Assembly: GCA_950097015.1 (NCBI GenBank)
Contig: CATNEN010000039.1
Coordinates: forward strand, 2,728,001-2,792,000
DNA length: 64,000 nucleotides
Direction of reading: 5' to 3'
Source: Macrostomum hystrix
Lineage: Eukaryota > Animalia > Platyhelminthes
Below the pieces are notes generated by a model that was not told where the DNA came from, made no database searches, and saw nothing but the letters and a program-made list of their open reading frames with translations. Shown here in pieces: positions 13,134 through 25,816 of the stretch; positions within the stretch are counted from its first letter, which is position 1, and each line of letters begins with the position of its first letter. The translations under genes and the position numbers were made by a program.

Positions 13134-14185
13134 AATCACAAATCCCGCATTCAATCAATGAACGGAGATTCTTATCAGAGGAGTCCCCAGTGTCGATCGC
13201 AAATCCAGAAAGAAAGGTTCGGTGATTAAATTCGAAATGCAGTTTTTATTAGCAGGCGGCCCTCAGGAGCCTTTTTGTGACACGGGCGCTAGGAAAAATG
13301 GAACTGGATTGGCTACCTGGTGAAAACAGGCAGCGCCAAGCGGAGTACCTTGACCTTTTCGGCTTCATGCTTGAGAGATTTGAAAGCCGGGTTTTATCAG
13401 GCCCGCCCAGGGTGCATCTGTTGCCGCCTTTTTTTAGTTAAAATCCCCGTTATCAGCTGCCCGGTGCTTCGTGGGTTCGAGTCCCAACCGTCTCTCCTTA
13501 GCCCCATAGCAACTGTGCTTGGACACAAAAACTCGGCCCATGCAGTTTTTATAGAGGCCAATTGATAAAGTTTTACAGCTCCCACAATCGAAGCAAGTCT
13601 AAACAAAATTCGTAAGAAGCTCATCTGTGATGTTTACATTCAGTCCGCAATTCTCGGTCTGATGCTGTTTTGTGTATGCAACACTTTTAGGATCAGTTTC
13701 ATGATTGCCGCGTTAAAAAGCTGGCCCCGATCTTTCCAGAAATCTGGAGCCCGCTGTTTACACTTTGATTAGCTTCAGCAAGTAGTTTATGGCCCGCACT
13801 GGACAGTTCTGAAGCACAGTGAAGTTGGGGACAGTGGAGTTATAAACTGATTCAGTAGTGAATTAGTTGCTAACCAACCAGAATTCGTGCTACGAGCGTA
13901 GAAAGCATTTCGAATTAATCTATCGTATATATTATACAGAACACACCAATTCAAAGTGTTTACATTCGAGTGTTGCTGAAGCTGCAGTCTCCCAGTCCGA
14001 CAGGCGAGCCATTTGTTTAGCTGCATCAAATTCCCGAGATTTCTGCTTTTGGGGACGCAATAAAGCTTGCCTAGGCTGGGATTTGACATCTTAACTTGTT
14101 GACTGGCTATTCCTCTCATGATTTTGTAAAGGTAAAGCGGATGGGTAATGTTGAGTGGAAGCGGGAGAAGGTAAGATAAAGTTGT

Positions 14186-14470
14186 GGAAAGGTGAGAGGA
14201 GGTTAGGGAAAGGTGAGAGGAGGTTAGGGAAAGGTGAGAGGAGGTTAGGGAAAGGTGAGAGGAGGTTAGGGAAAGGTGAGAGGAGGTTAGGGAAAGGTGA
14301 GAGGAGGTTAGGGAAAGGTGAGAGGAGGCTAGGGAAAGGTGAGAGGAGGCTAGGGAAAGGTGAGAGGAGGCTAGGGAAAGGTGAGAGGAGGCTAGGGAAA
14401 GGTGAGAGGAGGCTAGGGAAAGGTGAGAGGAGGTTAGGGAACGGTGAGAGGAGGTTGGGGAAAGTTGAGA
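14186..14470. repeat. 21-bp minisatellite
   Basis: Unit gaaaggtgagaggaggttagg. Confidence 0.95.
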
Positions 14471-14937
14471 GACATTTGGGGAAATGAGAAATATGATGTG
14501 ACAGCAGAGTATTTAACGATGTTCTGGGCCATTAAAATAGATCTGGTGGCACTAATTAGCACAGCCTGTAATGAGCAGTGATATGACATCGCTAACAAGT
14601 GACCAGCCCAAGAAGCAGAGGTAATGGTAGAAGATGATTCATGATGGATGATGGATTGTGTGTTGCAAAACCAGCTGTGAAATTCATTTCAATATGCCAA
14701 AATTCTGTCGCAAACTAATTGTCGACAATGAACTAATTTTCTCTGCGCGCATAATATTTATTCGCTAACAATTTCGCGATAACGAATGACATGTTGGACA
14801 GTTTAAGGCTTCGCGTGTTACTCGTACATGGCAATAAACACTTGCAATAAATTTGCTTTATGAATATTGCTTTGCAAGTTTTCCTTTTCACAGCTTGACA
14901 CAATGCGCAATCCAATATTGCTGGGTCATTGACATAG

Positions 14938-16182
<1,245 letters not shown>

Positions 16183-16714
16183 TAATGCGCAGTAAATGCA
16201 CATCCTCAATTAAAAGTCATCAATTGTCAAGCAGCTGCCATAAGATCGACAAAAATAAACTTTTATTTCGAGAGCGCCCTGGGGGCACTTTTGTTGTCAT
16301 CTTCCCAATCCACACAACCCAATTAAGAGTGACGTCACCCATCTCCAGAACACGTGGATCTCCGGAGGACAAACAACAGCGCGAGGCCATGCGCGGCCCG
16401 CATGCTTGCGGGGGTTCTTGGGCCCCACCCGCACATGCGGGCCGTCTGAAGTATGCGATGCGAGCGCATCTTCAAGGCGTGCCTGCTTGATTGATGAATT
16501 CTGCGGGCACCGGTCGTGGGAAGACTTCCTCTCGTTGCTCTCAGCCAACCAGAGTTCGGCAACCAATCCCCTGGACCCTCGGATTGGGAGCAGTGGCCCT
16601 CCCCTCCCGCTCATCCTATAAATCGAGGAGAACAAGCGGAGCCACGTGGAACAGAATCGCCACAAGCAACAGCCAGCCATAGTGCTCCGAATCAAACAGA
16701 GAGGCAATCTGGCA

Positions 16715-17328
16715 ATGTCCGCAGACTTTTGTGTCCGCTCTCTCCTGGCCCCGAGCACCTCCTCGGCGGTGAAGGCAACGAGCCTCTCCATTCACCGACA
16801 GCTTCATCGGCATCAGCAGTCGCTTCACCTTCGCAGGGACAGCGGCGACAGTCGCTGCAGCAGCTGCACCGCCAACATCGACGAAGCTGAAGCCACGGAG
16901 ACTTCGCCTCCAAGGTTCGAGCCCTCGACCGCATCAGCGTTGCTCCTCTCAACCGGCACACCGTCGGTGCTGGCCGCTGCGGCAGCGCCCGCAGTCTCCG
17001 CGGCCATAGCAACCTCAGAATCAGCTGACGAAGATGAAGATTTCCGCGGCTCCGTTGATGATGAGGTCAGCGGTGAGGCCTGGCCAGAGCAGGCAGGGGA
17101 CGCCGCTCCTCAAGACCAGAGTCCGGAACAACCGCCATCGCCGCGGAATTCGTGGCCAGCGAAATCAGAGCTCGGCAGCAGCAGCAGCAGCCGCTACGGT
17201 GACGGCAGCAGCGGAAGCGTCGCGGGCCTGTGCGAGCTGTTGAAGCAGCGAGTGAGCCAAGATCTGGGGCGCATTGTTGACGCAATGATGACCCAGCTGG
17301 TGCAGAATCTCTACTCGGCTACCGCCAC

Positions 17329-17372
<44 letters not shown>

Positions 17373-20067
17373 TCAGCTTCCCAGCTCCGCCAGCCGGAGT
17401 GCACCCCGCTCACCTGCCTCCAGTGTTCTATCCTCCGCTATTTATGCCGCCATTTCCGCCGCAGCACCTGCTTCAGCAGCAGCCGCCGCTGCCGCCACCG
17501 CCTCCGCCGCCGTTCGGAGCTCCTTCGGGCAGCGACGCGTGGTCCCGATTTGCTTGGCCATCAGTCGCAGCAGCCGCCACCGCAGTCACTCGCCCGTCAG
17601 CGGAAGCCAATGACGAGGAGACGCCGAAGAAGAAGCGCGCAAAGGTGAGAATCCCAGATCGCAAACTGCTCTGCTAATATCAGCGAAGTGACTCAGTCTG
17701 TACAACTGCTCAATAACTTTGCTCATTCTCAAACAGATCACAGACATTCGCCGACCAGCTGCCGTGTACGCCGCCCCCGCCGCCCACTCCGTCGCCAACC
17801 TCCAGCAGCCGTCAGACGGCTGCAGCCGGGCCTCAACGCCGAATTTCTTCGTCGACAGGACGGCGGCAACCATGGCAACAGCGAACTTCGGCCAGGAGGA
17901 GCCGAGACCGCGGCTGCAGCAGCGGCAAGACGCGGATGAGTCAAAGGTAAGCGGTTCTCCGCCAGATCCCCAACCCCAGCTTTCTACTTTGTTATCCCAA
18001 GACGCGAGTAAATGGCCTCAGTAAATGGCACAGGAGAATCCTGGGGCGGGGGGGACTCTAACTCAATCCCGAATCTGAATTCGTGCTCAAATATTTGATC
18101 CCCTCACACACACACACACACACACTCGGGCCCGGAATTGTTTTGCCAATCTTTTTTCCATTTTGTTTGGTTTTGTTTGCCCTGCAATCAGTTTCCATTT
18201 CGGATCCCCCGCTTGATCCTTTGAGAAATCCCATTAAATTAATTTTTTCTATAAGGTGAGTGGGCGAGTTCATTTCAAGAGGCAGTTAAATGCTTTGAAC
18301 TACTTACTTAGTAGTATATAAGTAGCGTATGCTTGTTTTCAACACACCTTTTTTATAATAAACAGGTGTCCACCCTGTCGCCGACTCATCTACGCAAGGC
18401 GAAGCTGATGTTCTTCTACTCGAGGTATCCGAGCACGGCCACGCTGCGAATGTACTTTCCCGATGTGCACTTCAGCAAGAGCAACACGGCGCAGGTGGTG
18501 AAATGGTTCTCCAACTTTCGGTGAGTTTCTGTGACTTTGCAATTTGGGGCTGATTTGGAAGCTGGTAAATAAGATCTAGGATCTTGTGGGATTTGGGATC
18601 TTTGAGAATTGGGATCTGGGTTCTAAGATCTTTGAGAATTGGGATCTGGGATCTTTGAGAATTAGGATTTGGGATCTTTGAGAATTGGGATTTGTGATCT
18701 TTGAGAATTGGGATTTGTGATCTTTGAGAATTGGGATCTGGGTTCTAAGATCTTTGAGAATTGGGATCTGGGATCTTTGAGAATTAGGATTTGTGATCTT
18801 TGAGAATTGGGATTTGGGATCTTTGAGAATTGGGATCTAGGATCTTTGAGAATTGGGATCTGGTTCTAAGATCTTTGAGAATTAGGATTTGGGATCTTTG
18901 AGAATTGGGATCTAGGATCTTTGAGAACTGGGATCTGGGTTCTAAGATCTTTGAGAATTTGGATTTGGGATCTTTGAGAATTGGGATCTGGGATCTTTGT
19001 GAATTGAGATCTGGGATCTTTTAGTATTTGAATCTGGGATCTTTTAAAAAATGGGATCTGGGATCCTTTAAAATTTGTGATTTGGGGAATTTTCGGGGAA
19101 TTTTGGGGGAATTAGGGGCTTTTAATGGTTTGGAAATATTCGAGGATCTCTTTGAGGGATATGATATTTTTAAGGATTTGAGGATTTTGTGCAAATTCAG
19201 CTGTAAGTTCTCGGATCAGGACCAATATCTTGGGGAAATCAAGTCTTCAGTCTGAATCAAGCTGTGGCTTGAGCATGAGTAGAGATCATTTTATGAGTCA
19301 TTCAATAACATGCCCGTCTTGTTAAGTGGGCCCTCTGAGATTTAATATCCAACAGCCAGTCTAATTTATCCCCAAAAACGAATTCTTCCTATCCTGCAGG
19401 GAGTTTTTCTACATCCAGGTGGAGAAATTCGCCCGCCAGGCCTTGCAGCAGGTGAGCAGCGCGCGCCCTGGCGACTCGACTCAGCCGGGCCTGGACTCAC
19501 TGCTCAGAGTGGACCAGGACTCGGAGATCTACCGGGTGCTCAACGTGCACTACAACAGGAGCAACAGCTTTCAGGTGAGAGATTGAGCAGCTACTCTTCC
19601 GGGGGGTCTCAAGGACGGCAAAGGAACGGATATTGTGAAAATTGGGGGATTTCAGGTTTCGATTTTGATTTTGAGGAATTTTTTAACTGAGCAATTTTTC
19701 CGATCTAGAAATCAAGAGATTTAGAAGTCAGTGGATTTTGAAAAAAAAAAATTTTTCATTAATAATTTTTTTACTTTAGGATTATAAAACTAAAGGGATT
19801 TTTTAATTTAGGGATGGGAATTTAAGCGTCATGATCCGAATCGAGGCTCGCAACCGCCTAACTGATCGCGCAACCCTCCAACCCTCGCAGGTGCCGCGCC
19901 AGTTCGCCTCCGTCATCGAGACCGCCCTGCGCGAGTTCGCCGCCGCCCTAGCCGATCGGCGGGACCAGGAGCACTCGTGGAAGAAGCCCATCTACAAGGT
20001 GATCGCCCGGCTGGACTGCAGCCCTCCTGACTGTTTCCGCCAGCCAGACTGGACCTGCGAGCAGTGA
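16715..20067 (+). CDS. pros: Prospero/Prox homeo-prospero transcription factor
   Basis: Exons 16715-17644, 17737-17946, 18366-18520, 19400-19574, 19891-20067. Motifs TPKKKRAK|[36 protein letters not shown]|[45 protein letters not shown]. The start at 16715 is the first in-frame ATG; extra upstream exons cannot be excluded. Confidence 0.93.
18570..19080. repeat. About 23-bp degenerate minisatellite in prospero intron 3
   Basis: Unit gatctttgagaattgggatctgg. Confidence 0.9.
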
Positions 20068-20589
20068 CCGCCGCAACCTACTGCCAGTAGCCAGCGGAGC
20101 TGAATCGCCTTGGCAAAAGCTGACAGAAATCAAGCAAAACTGTTTCTCAGGTTATCTCTAAGCGGCTGCTTGCACACGCACTCGAAGTATTTCTCTTGCT
20201 GAGCATTTTAGCCTTTTTGTTTCTGTTTCATTTCGCTTTCCTCTCGTTTTTTTAATTTCGTGTTCACTGTAACTCACGGGCGCACCCGGACCGCACTTGC
20301 AGGTACAATTAGAATATAGGCAGATAGGCAGATAGATTTCCGTGCAATCGCTTCAATTCTATTAGTATTCGTTTCTTTTTTGCAATCGATAAAATCGGAA
20401 TAAATCTAGAAAACTAGTGCACAGTAGCGCGAAAACTCGAATGCCAACAAAATTGCCGCTTCAGCTTGGCTCTTGGCGACTTCGTTTAAATTTCATAGAA
20501 TCTGACCTAATTGGCCGCCTCAGATTCTTAACAGACTACTGTGAGTAGTCAATCAAAAACAGCAGGAAAAATAATGAATAATAACTGTA

Positions 20590-20719
20590 GGAGGGCTGTT
20601 GACAATGGCACATTATTTAGTGACTCCTGGTTTGATTATTTTGCCCATTTCGCTGACTCCTGACTGTACGCAGGCACACGCTCACACAGGTGTGTACATC
20701 TGCCCTGACTTTCTCATCG
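20590..20719 (-). mobile_element. SINE fragment (same family as 5640-5985)
   Basis: gagggctgttgacaatggcacattattt...ttcgctgactcctg...cacacaggtgtgtacatctgccctgactttctcat matches the other copies. Confidence 0.65.
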
Positions 20720-20739
20720 CGGAATGGGACTGCCCTGAC

Positions 20740-20880
20740 AGTCCCAGATGCAGTCCCAGATGGAGTCCCACATGGAGTCCCAGATGCAGTCCCAGATGCA
20801 GTCCCAGATGCAGTCCCAGATGGAGTCCCACATGGAGTCCCAGATGCAGTCCCAGATGGAGTCCCAGATGGAGTCCCAGT
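20740..20880. repeat. 12-bp tandem repeat directly after the PAFAH1B stop codon
   Basis: Unit cagtcccagatg / gagtcccacatg. Confidence 0.9.
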
Positions 20881-20884
20881 CCTT

Positions 20885-21993
20885 CTATTCGTGGTCAGAG
20901 TCGCCAGCCGCAGCGGAAGGGAAAGTGTGCAGCTCCTCCTGCAGCAGCTCAAGCAGTGGCTCAAACAGTTTTGAGTACCCCAGCTCAGTGAGGTTGCAGT
21001 AGTCGTACATGTCCCGGTGGGACAGGCTCTGGTCCGGCTGCAGGAAGGTGTCCCAGTCGGGGATGAGCACGGTGGTGCGAGCCAGCTGGCCCAGCTGCTC
21101 AGCCAGGAGGCGGTTCACCTCGGCGTGCTTGGCACGGCGGGGATTCTTGCGCTCGCCAACAGGCAGCAGGCCGAGCACAATGACGCTGGCGCCTGGCAGG
21201 TGCCGGTGCACCGCCTCAGTCAGGTTGCGAATGCCTGCGGAGGGAGAGCGGGCGGCGGGTGAGGCAGATGCAGGAGCAGGCGGGGCAGATGCAGGAGCAG
21301 GCGGGGCAGATAGAGGAATAGGCGGGGCAGATAGAGGAGCAGACGGGGCAGATGGAGGAGTAGGCGGGGCAGATGGAGGAGTAGGCGGGGCAGATGAAGG
21401 AGTAGGCGGGGCAGATGGAGGAGTAGGGGGCAGATAGAGAAATAGGCGGGGCAGATGGAGGAGTAGGCGGGGCAGATAGAGGAGTAGACAGGGCAGATAG
21501 AGGAGTAGGCGGAGCAGATGGAGGAATAGGCGGGGCAGAAGGAGGAGTAGGCGGGTCAGATAGAGGAGTAGACGGGGCAGATAGAGGAGTAGGCGGGGCA
21601 GATGTATGGGCAGGTAGGGGCAGATGGGTAAGGTGGCAGTGCCTCACCGCCATAGATGTCGGAGGCCAGCTCAGGGTTGTTGTTTCCAGCGTGCAGCACG
21701 ACAACCTTAGGCGAGCAGTCCTCCAGCTCTCCATCCTCGATGCGCCACAGAATGTTCTCGATGCGGTCCTCGTAGATGCCGAAGTTCAAGCAGTGCAGCG
21801 GCTCGATGTGGTCCTGCCAGGTGGAGGTGAACTGCATGCGCTGCACGATGTTGTCCCCGATAAAGATGACATCGGGCTCGCGGTCCACGGCCTTCTCGCG
21901 GAATCGTTTGTGCTGACTGAGCCAGCGACCGTCGCCAAGAACATCGACTGGAACAGTCGGATTCAACACGCTGCTGCTCACGCCTGAGTAAGC
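20885..21993 (-). CDS. PAFAH1B2/3: Platelet-activating factor acetylhydrolase Ib alpha-subunit homolog (SGNH fold), catalytic Ser and His replaced; no genomic ATG found
   Basis: Exons 21993-21648 and 21234-20885. Motifs DVLGDGRWLSQH, EPDVIFIGDNIV, PLHCLNFGI, ILWRIEDGELE, PKVVVLHAGNNN, LGLLPVGE.KNP.R, SHRDMYDYCNLTELGY align with the PAFAH1B2/B3 family. Confidence 0.9.
21260..21612. repeat. 21-bp G-rich minisatellite in the PAFAH1B intron
   Basis: Unit gcagatggaggagtaggcggg. Confidence 0.92.
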
Positions 21994-22127
21994 CTGAAGT
22001 GAACACGTAATATTCGAACGTTTTTACTACGCTACTGTCAGTAGAAATGCCAGCATTTTTGTCCTTGGTGGTCTAAAATCTTAATAAATTTGGGAACTAT
22101 GAAAACATATATTTATTAATATTAATA

Positions 22128-23130
22128 CTCTAGCCAATAATTGGGTAATATTCTAGCTTACAACTGGGTAAAATTCGAAACTACAATTGGGTAATATTCT
22201 AGCCTACAACTGGGTAATATTCTAGCCTAAAATTAGGTAATATTCTAGCCTACAACTGGGTAATATTCTAGCTCACAACTTGGTAATATTCTAGCCTACA
22301 ACTGGGTAATATTCTAGCTCACAACTGGGTAATATTCTAGCCTACAACTGGGTAATATTCTAGCCTACAACTGGGTAATATTCTAGCCTACAACTGGGTA
22401 ATATTCTAGCCTACAACTGGGTAATATTCTAGCCTACAACTGGGTAATATTCTAGCCTACAACTGGGTAATATTCTAGCCTACAACTGGGTAATATTCTA
22501 GCCTACAACTGGGTAATATTCTAGCCTACAACTGGGTAATATTCTAGCCTACAACTGGGTAATATTCTAGCCTACAACTGGGTAATATTCTAGCCTACAA
22601 CTGGGTAATATTCTAGCCTACAACTGGGTAATATTCTAGCCTACAACTGGGTAATATTCTAGCCTACAACTGGGTAATATTCTAGCCTACAACTGGGTAA
22701 TATTCTAGCCTACAACTGGGTAATATTCTAGCCTACAACTGGGTAATATTCTAGCCTACAACTGGGTAATATTCTAGCCTACAACTGGGTAATATTCTAG
22801 CCTACAACTGGGTAATATTCTAGCCTACAACTGGGTAATATTCTAGCCTACAACTGGGTAATATTCTAGCCTACAACTGGGTAATATTCTAGCCTACAAC
22901 TGGGTAATATTCTAGCCTACAACTGGGTAATATTCTAGCCTACAACTGGGTAATATTCTAGCCTACAACTGGGTAATATTCTAGCCTACAACTGGGTAAT
23001 ATTCTAGCCTACAACTGGGTAATATTCTAGCCTACAACTGGGTAATATTCTAGCCTACAACTGGGTAATATTCTAGCCTACAACTGGGTAATATTCTAGC
23101 CTACAACTGGGTAATATTCTAGCTCACAAT
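22128..23130. repeat. 23-bp minisatellite, highly homogeneous
   Basis: Unit gggtaatattctagcctacaact, about 43 copies. Confidence 0.97.
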
Positions 23131-23505
23131 TTACTAATATGCGATCCTGCATTTGCATAATGCTCTATATTAAAACGTGGCAACATTATGTTTAAGCTTG
23201 TCTTACAGTGGCATAAAAATGATCAGTAAACAAAAATGCTGCAAAAAAACAAACTGTAGAAATAAAAAAATGGAAAGTATATAATGCTTTTGGCTCAACT
23301 TTATACAAAGATAAATAGACTATTGAAATTATACTATCACAGACAGCTTTTGCATTTATTTGATTAAATATAAAATCTATGGAAAAAGTAGAAAACGTTC
23401 TCTTAGTTCTCTTTAATAGACGATTTGAGAAGCCAGTTGAAATTAAAGCTTACTTAAATTCCTAATGATATCAGTTTTCCCAAAAAAGGCTGCGACAAAA
23501 GAGGG

Positions 23506-24486
23506 CTGTGACCTGTACAGTAGCCCCAGTCTTTCTACTGAATTTACCTGTGACCTGTACGGTAGCCCCAGTCTTTCTACTGTTTACCTGTGACCTGTAC
23601 AGTAGCCTCAGTCTTTCTACTGTTTACCTGTGACCTGTACAGTAGCCTCAGTCTTTCTACTGTTTACCTGTGACCTGTACAGTAGCCTCAGTCTTTCTAC
23701 TGAATTTACCTGTGACCTGTACGGTAGCCCCAGTCTTTCTACTGTTTACCTGTGACCTGTACAGTAGCCTCAGTCTTTCTACTGTTTACCTGTGACCTGT
23801 ACGGTAGCCCCAGTCTTTCTACTGTTTACCTGTGACCTGTACGGTAGCCCCAGTCTTTCTACTGAATTTACCTGTGACCTGTACGGTAGCCTCAGTCTTT
23901 CTACTGTTTACCTGTGACCTGTACAGTAGCCTCAGTCTTTCTACTGAATTTACCTGTGACCTGTACGGTAGCCCCAGTCTTTCTACTGAATTTACCTGTG
24001 ACCTGTACGGTAGCCTCAGTCTTTCTACTGTTTACCTGTGACCTGTACAGTAGCCTCAGTCTTTCTACTGAATTTACCTGTGACCTGTACAGTAGCCTCA
24101 GTCTTTCTACTGTTTACCTGTGACCTGTACAGTAGCCTCAGTCTTTCTACTGAATTTACCTGTGACCTGTACAGTAGCCTCAGTCTTTCTACTGTTTACC
24201 TGTGACCTGTACAGTAGCCTCAGTCTTTCTACTGTTTACCTGTGACCTGTACAGTAGCCTCAGTCTTTCTACTGTTTACCTGTGACCTGTACAGTAGCCT
24301 CAGTCTTTCTACTGTTTACCTGTGACCTGTACAGTAGCCTCAGTCTTTCTACTGTTTACCTGTGACCTGTACAGTAGCCTCAGTCTTTTTACTGTTTACC
24401 TGTGACCTGTACGGTAGCCTCAGTCTTTCTACTGTTTACCTGTGACCTGTACAGTAGCCCTAGTCTTTCTATTGTTTACCTGTGAC
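23506..24486. repeat. 40/43-bp minisatellite
   Basis: Unit tgtgacctgtacagtagcctcagtctttctactg(aat)tttacc. Confidence 0.96.
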
Positions 24487-24500
24487 CGTGAAACGTAACG

Positions 24501-25328
24501 CTGTGACCGTTTATGTTTATGAAACTGGGATCACCATGTAACCGTTAACTGTGACCGTTTATGTTTAAGAAACTGGGATCACCATGTAACCGTTAACTGT
24601 GACCGTTTATGTTTATGAAACTGGGATCACCATATTACTGTTAACTGTGACCGTTTATGTTTATGAAACTGGGATCACCATGTAACCGTTAACTGTGACC
24701 GTTTATGTTTATGAAACTGGGATCACCATATAACTGTTAACTGTGACCGTTTATGTTTATGAAACTGGGATCACCATGTAACCGTTAACTGTGACCGTTT
24801 ATGTTTATGAAACTGGGATCACCATGTAACCGTTAACTGTGACCGTTTATGTTTATGAAACTGGGATCACCATGTAAACGTTAACTGTGACCGTTTATGT
24901 TTCTGAAACTTGGATCACCATATAACTGTTAACTGTGACCGTTTATGTTTAAGAAACTGGGATCACCATGTAACCGTTAACTGTGACCGTTTATGTTTAT
25001 GAAACTGGGATCACCATATTACTGTTAACTGTGACCGTTTATGTTTATGAAACTGGGATCACCATGTAACCGTTAACTGTGACCGTTTATGTTTATGAAA
25101 CTGGGATCACCATATAACTGTTAACTGTGACCGTTTATGTTTATGAAACTGGGATCACCATGTAACCGTTAACTGTGACCGTTTATGTTTATGAAACTGG
25201 GATCACCATGTAACCGTTAACTGTGACCGTTTATGTTTATGAAACTGGGATCACCATGTAACCGTTAACTGTGACCGTTTATGTTTAAGAAACTGGGATC
25301 ACCATGTAACCGTTAACTGTGACCGTTT
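24501..25328. repeat. 48-bp minisatellite
   Basis: Unit ctgtgaccgtttatgtttatgaaactgggatcaccatgtaaccgttaa. Confidence 0.96.
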
Positions 25329-25816
25329 GCGTGACCTTTATGATTCTTACGGCCGATGGCTGAAGTGTAACATTTACTACTAAAATGTGAAGTTTATGAT
25401 TTCTGCTCAATGCATCTATCCATGTATCCGTATCGCTATTTCTGAAACTGCCTATTTGTGTCTAATGTGTTGTGTTGTAATGTTTAATGTGTGTGCATGT
25501 TTATTTAAGTGTATTCTATATACTGACAACCAATTTTATGTACCAGAAAGAGACACATGACTTCGAAAAAAACGGTCACAAAAATGGCCACATCAATCAG
25601 TCTCCCAATGACCTTGACTAATGGTCATAAAAATGGCCACATCAATCAGTCACCCAATGACCTTGACTAATGGTCACAAAAATGGCCACCAACAGTAACA
25701 TGGGACCATAACAGTCGTATCAACGCTCACAAGCGCTTTTTGCGACCGTTTAATACGGTAAATTATCAAAACTATGCGATCCTCATAACAACAGACTGTT
25801 GTCATTAGCAACGGCG

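Noticed and set aside
21979-21981. GTG start codon for PAFAH1B as given by the ORF track
   Set aside because: An in-frame splice acceptor 12 nt upstream explains the N-terminus better than non-AUG initiation.
22128-25328. Regular 23-48 bp repeats resembling CRISPR arrays
   Set aside because: Head-to-tail units with no unique spacers and no cas genes; these are minisatellites.
23138-25783. 11-bp direct repeat tatgcgatcct as a possible TSD
   Set aside because: No element termini next to it, and such matches are expected by chance.
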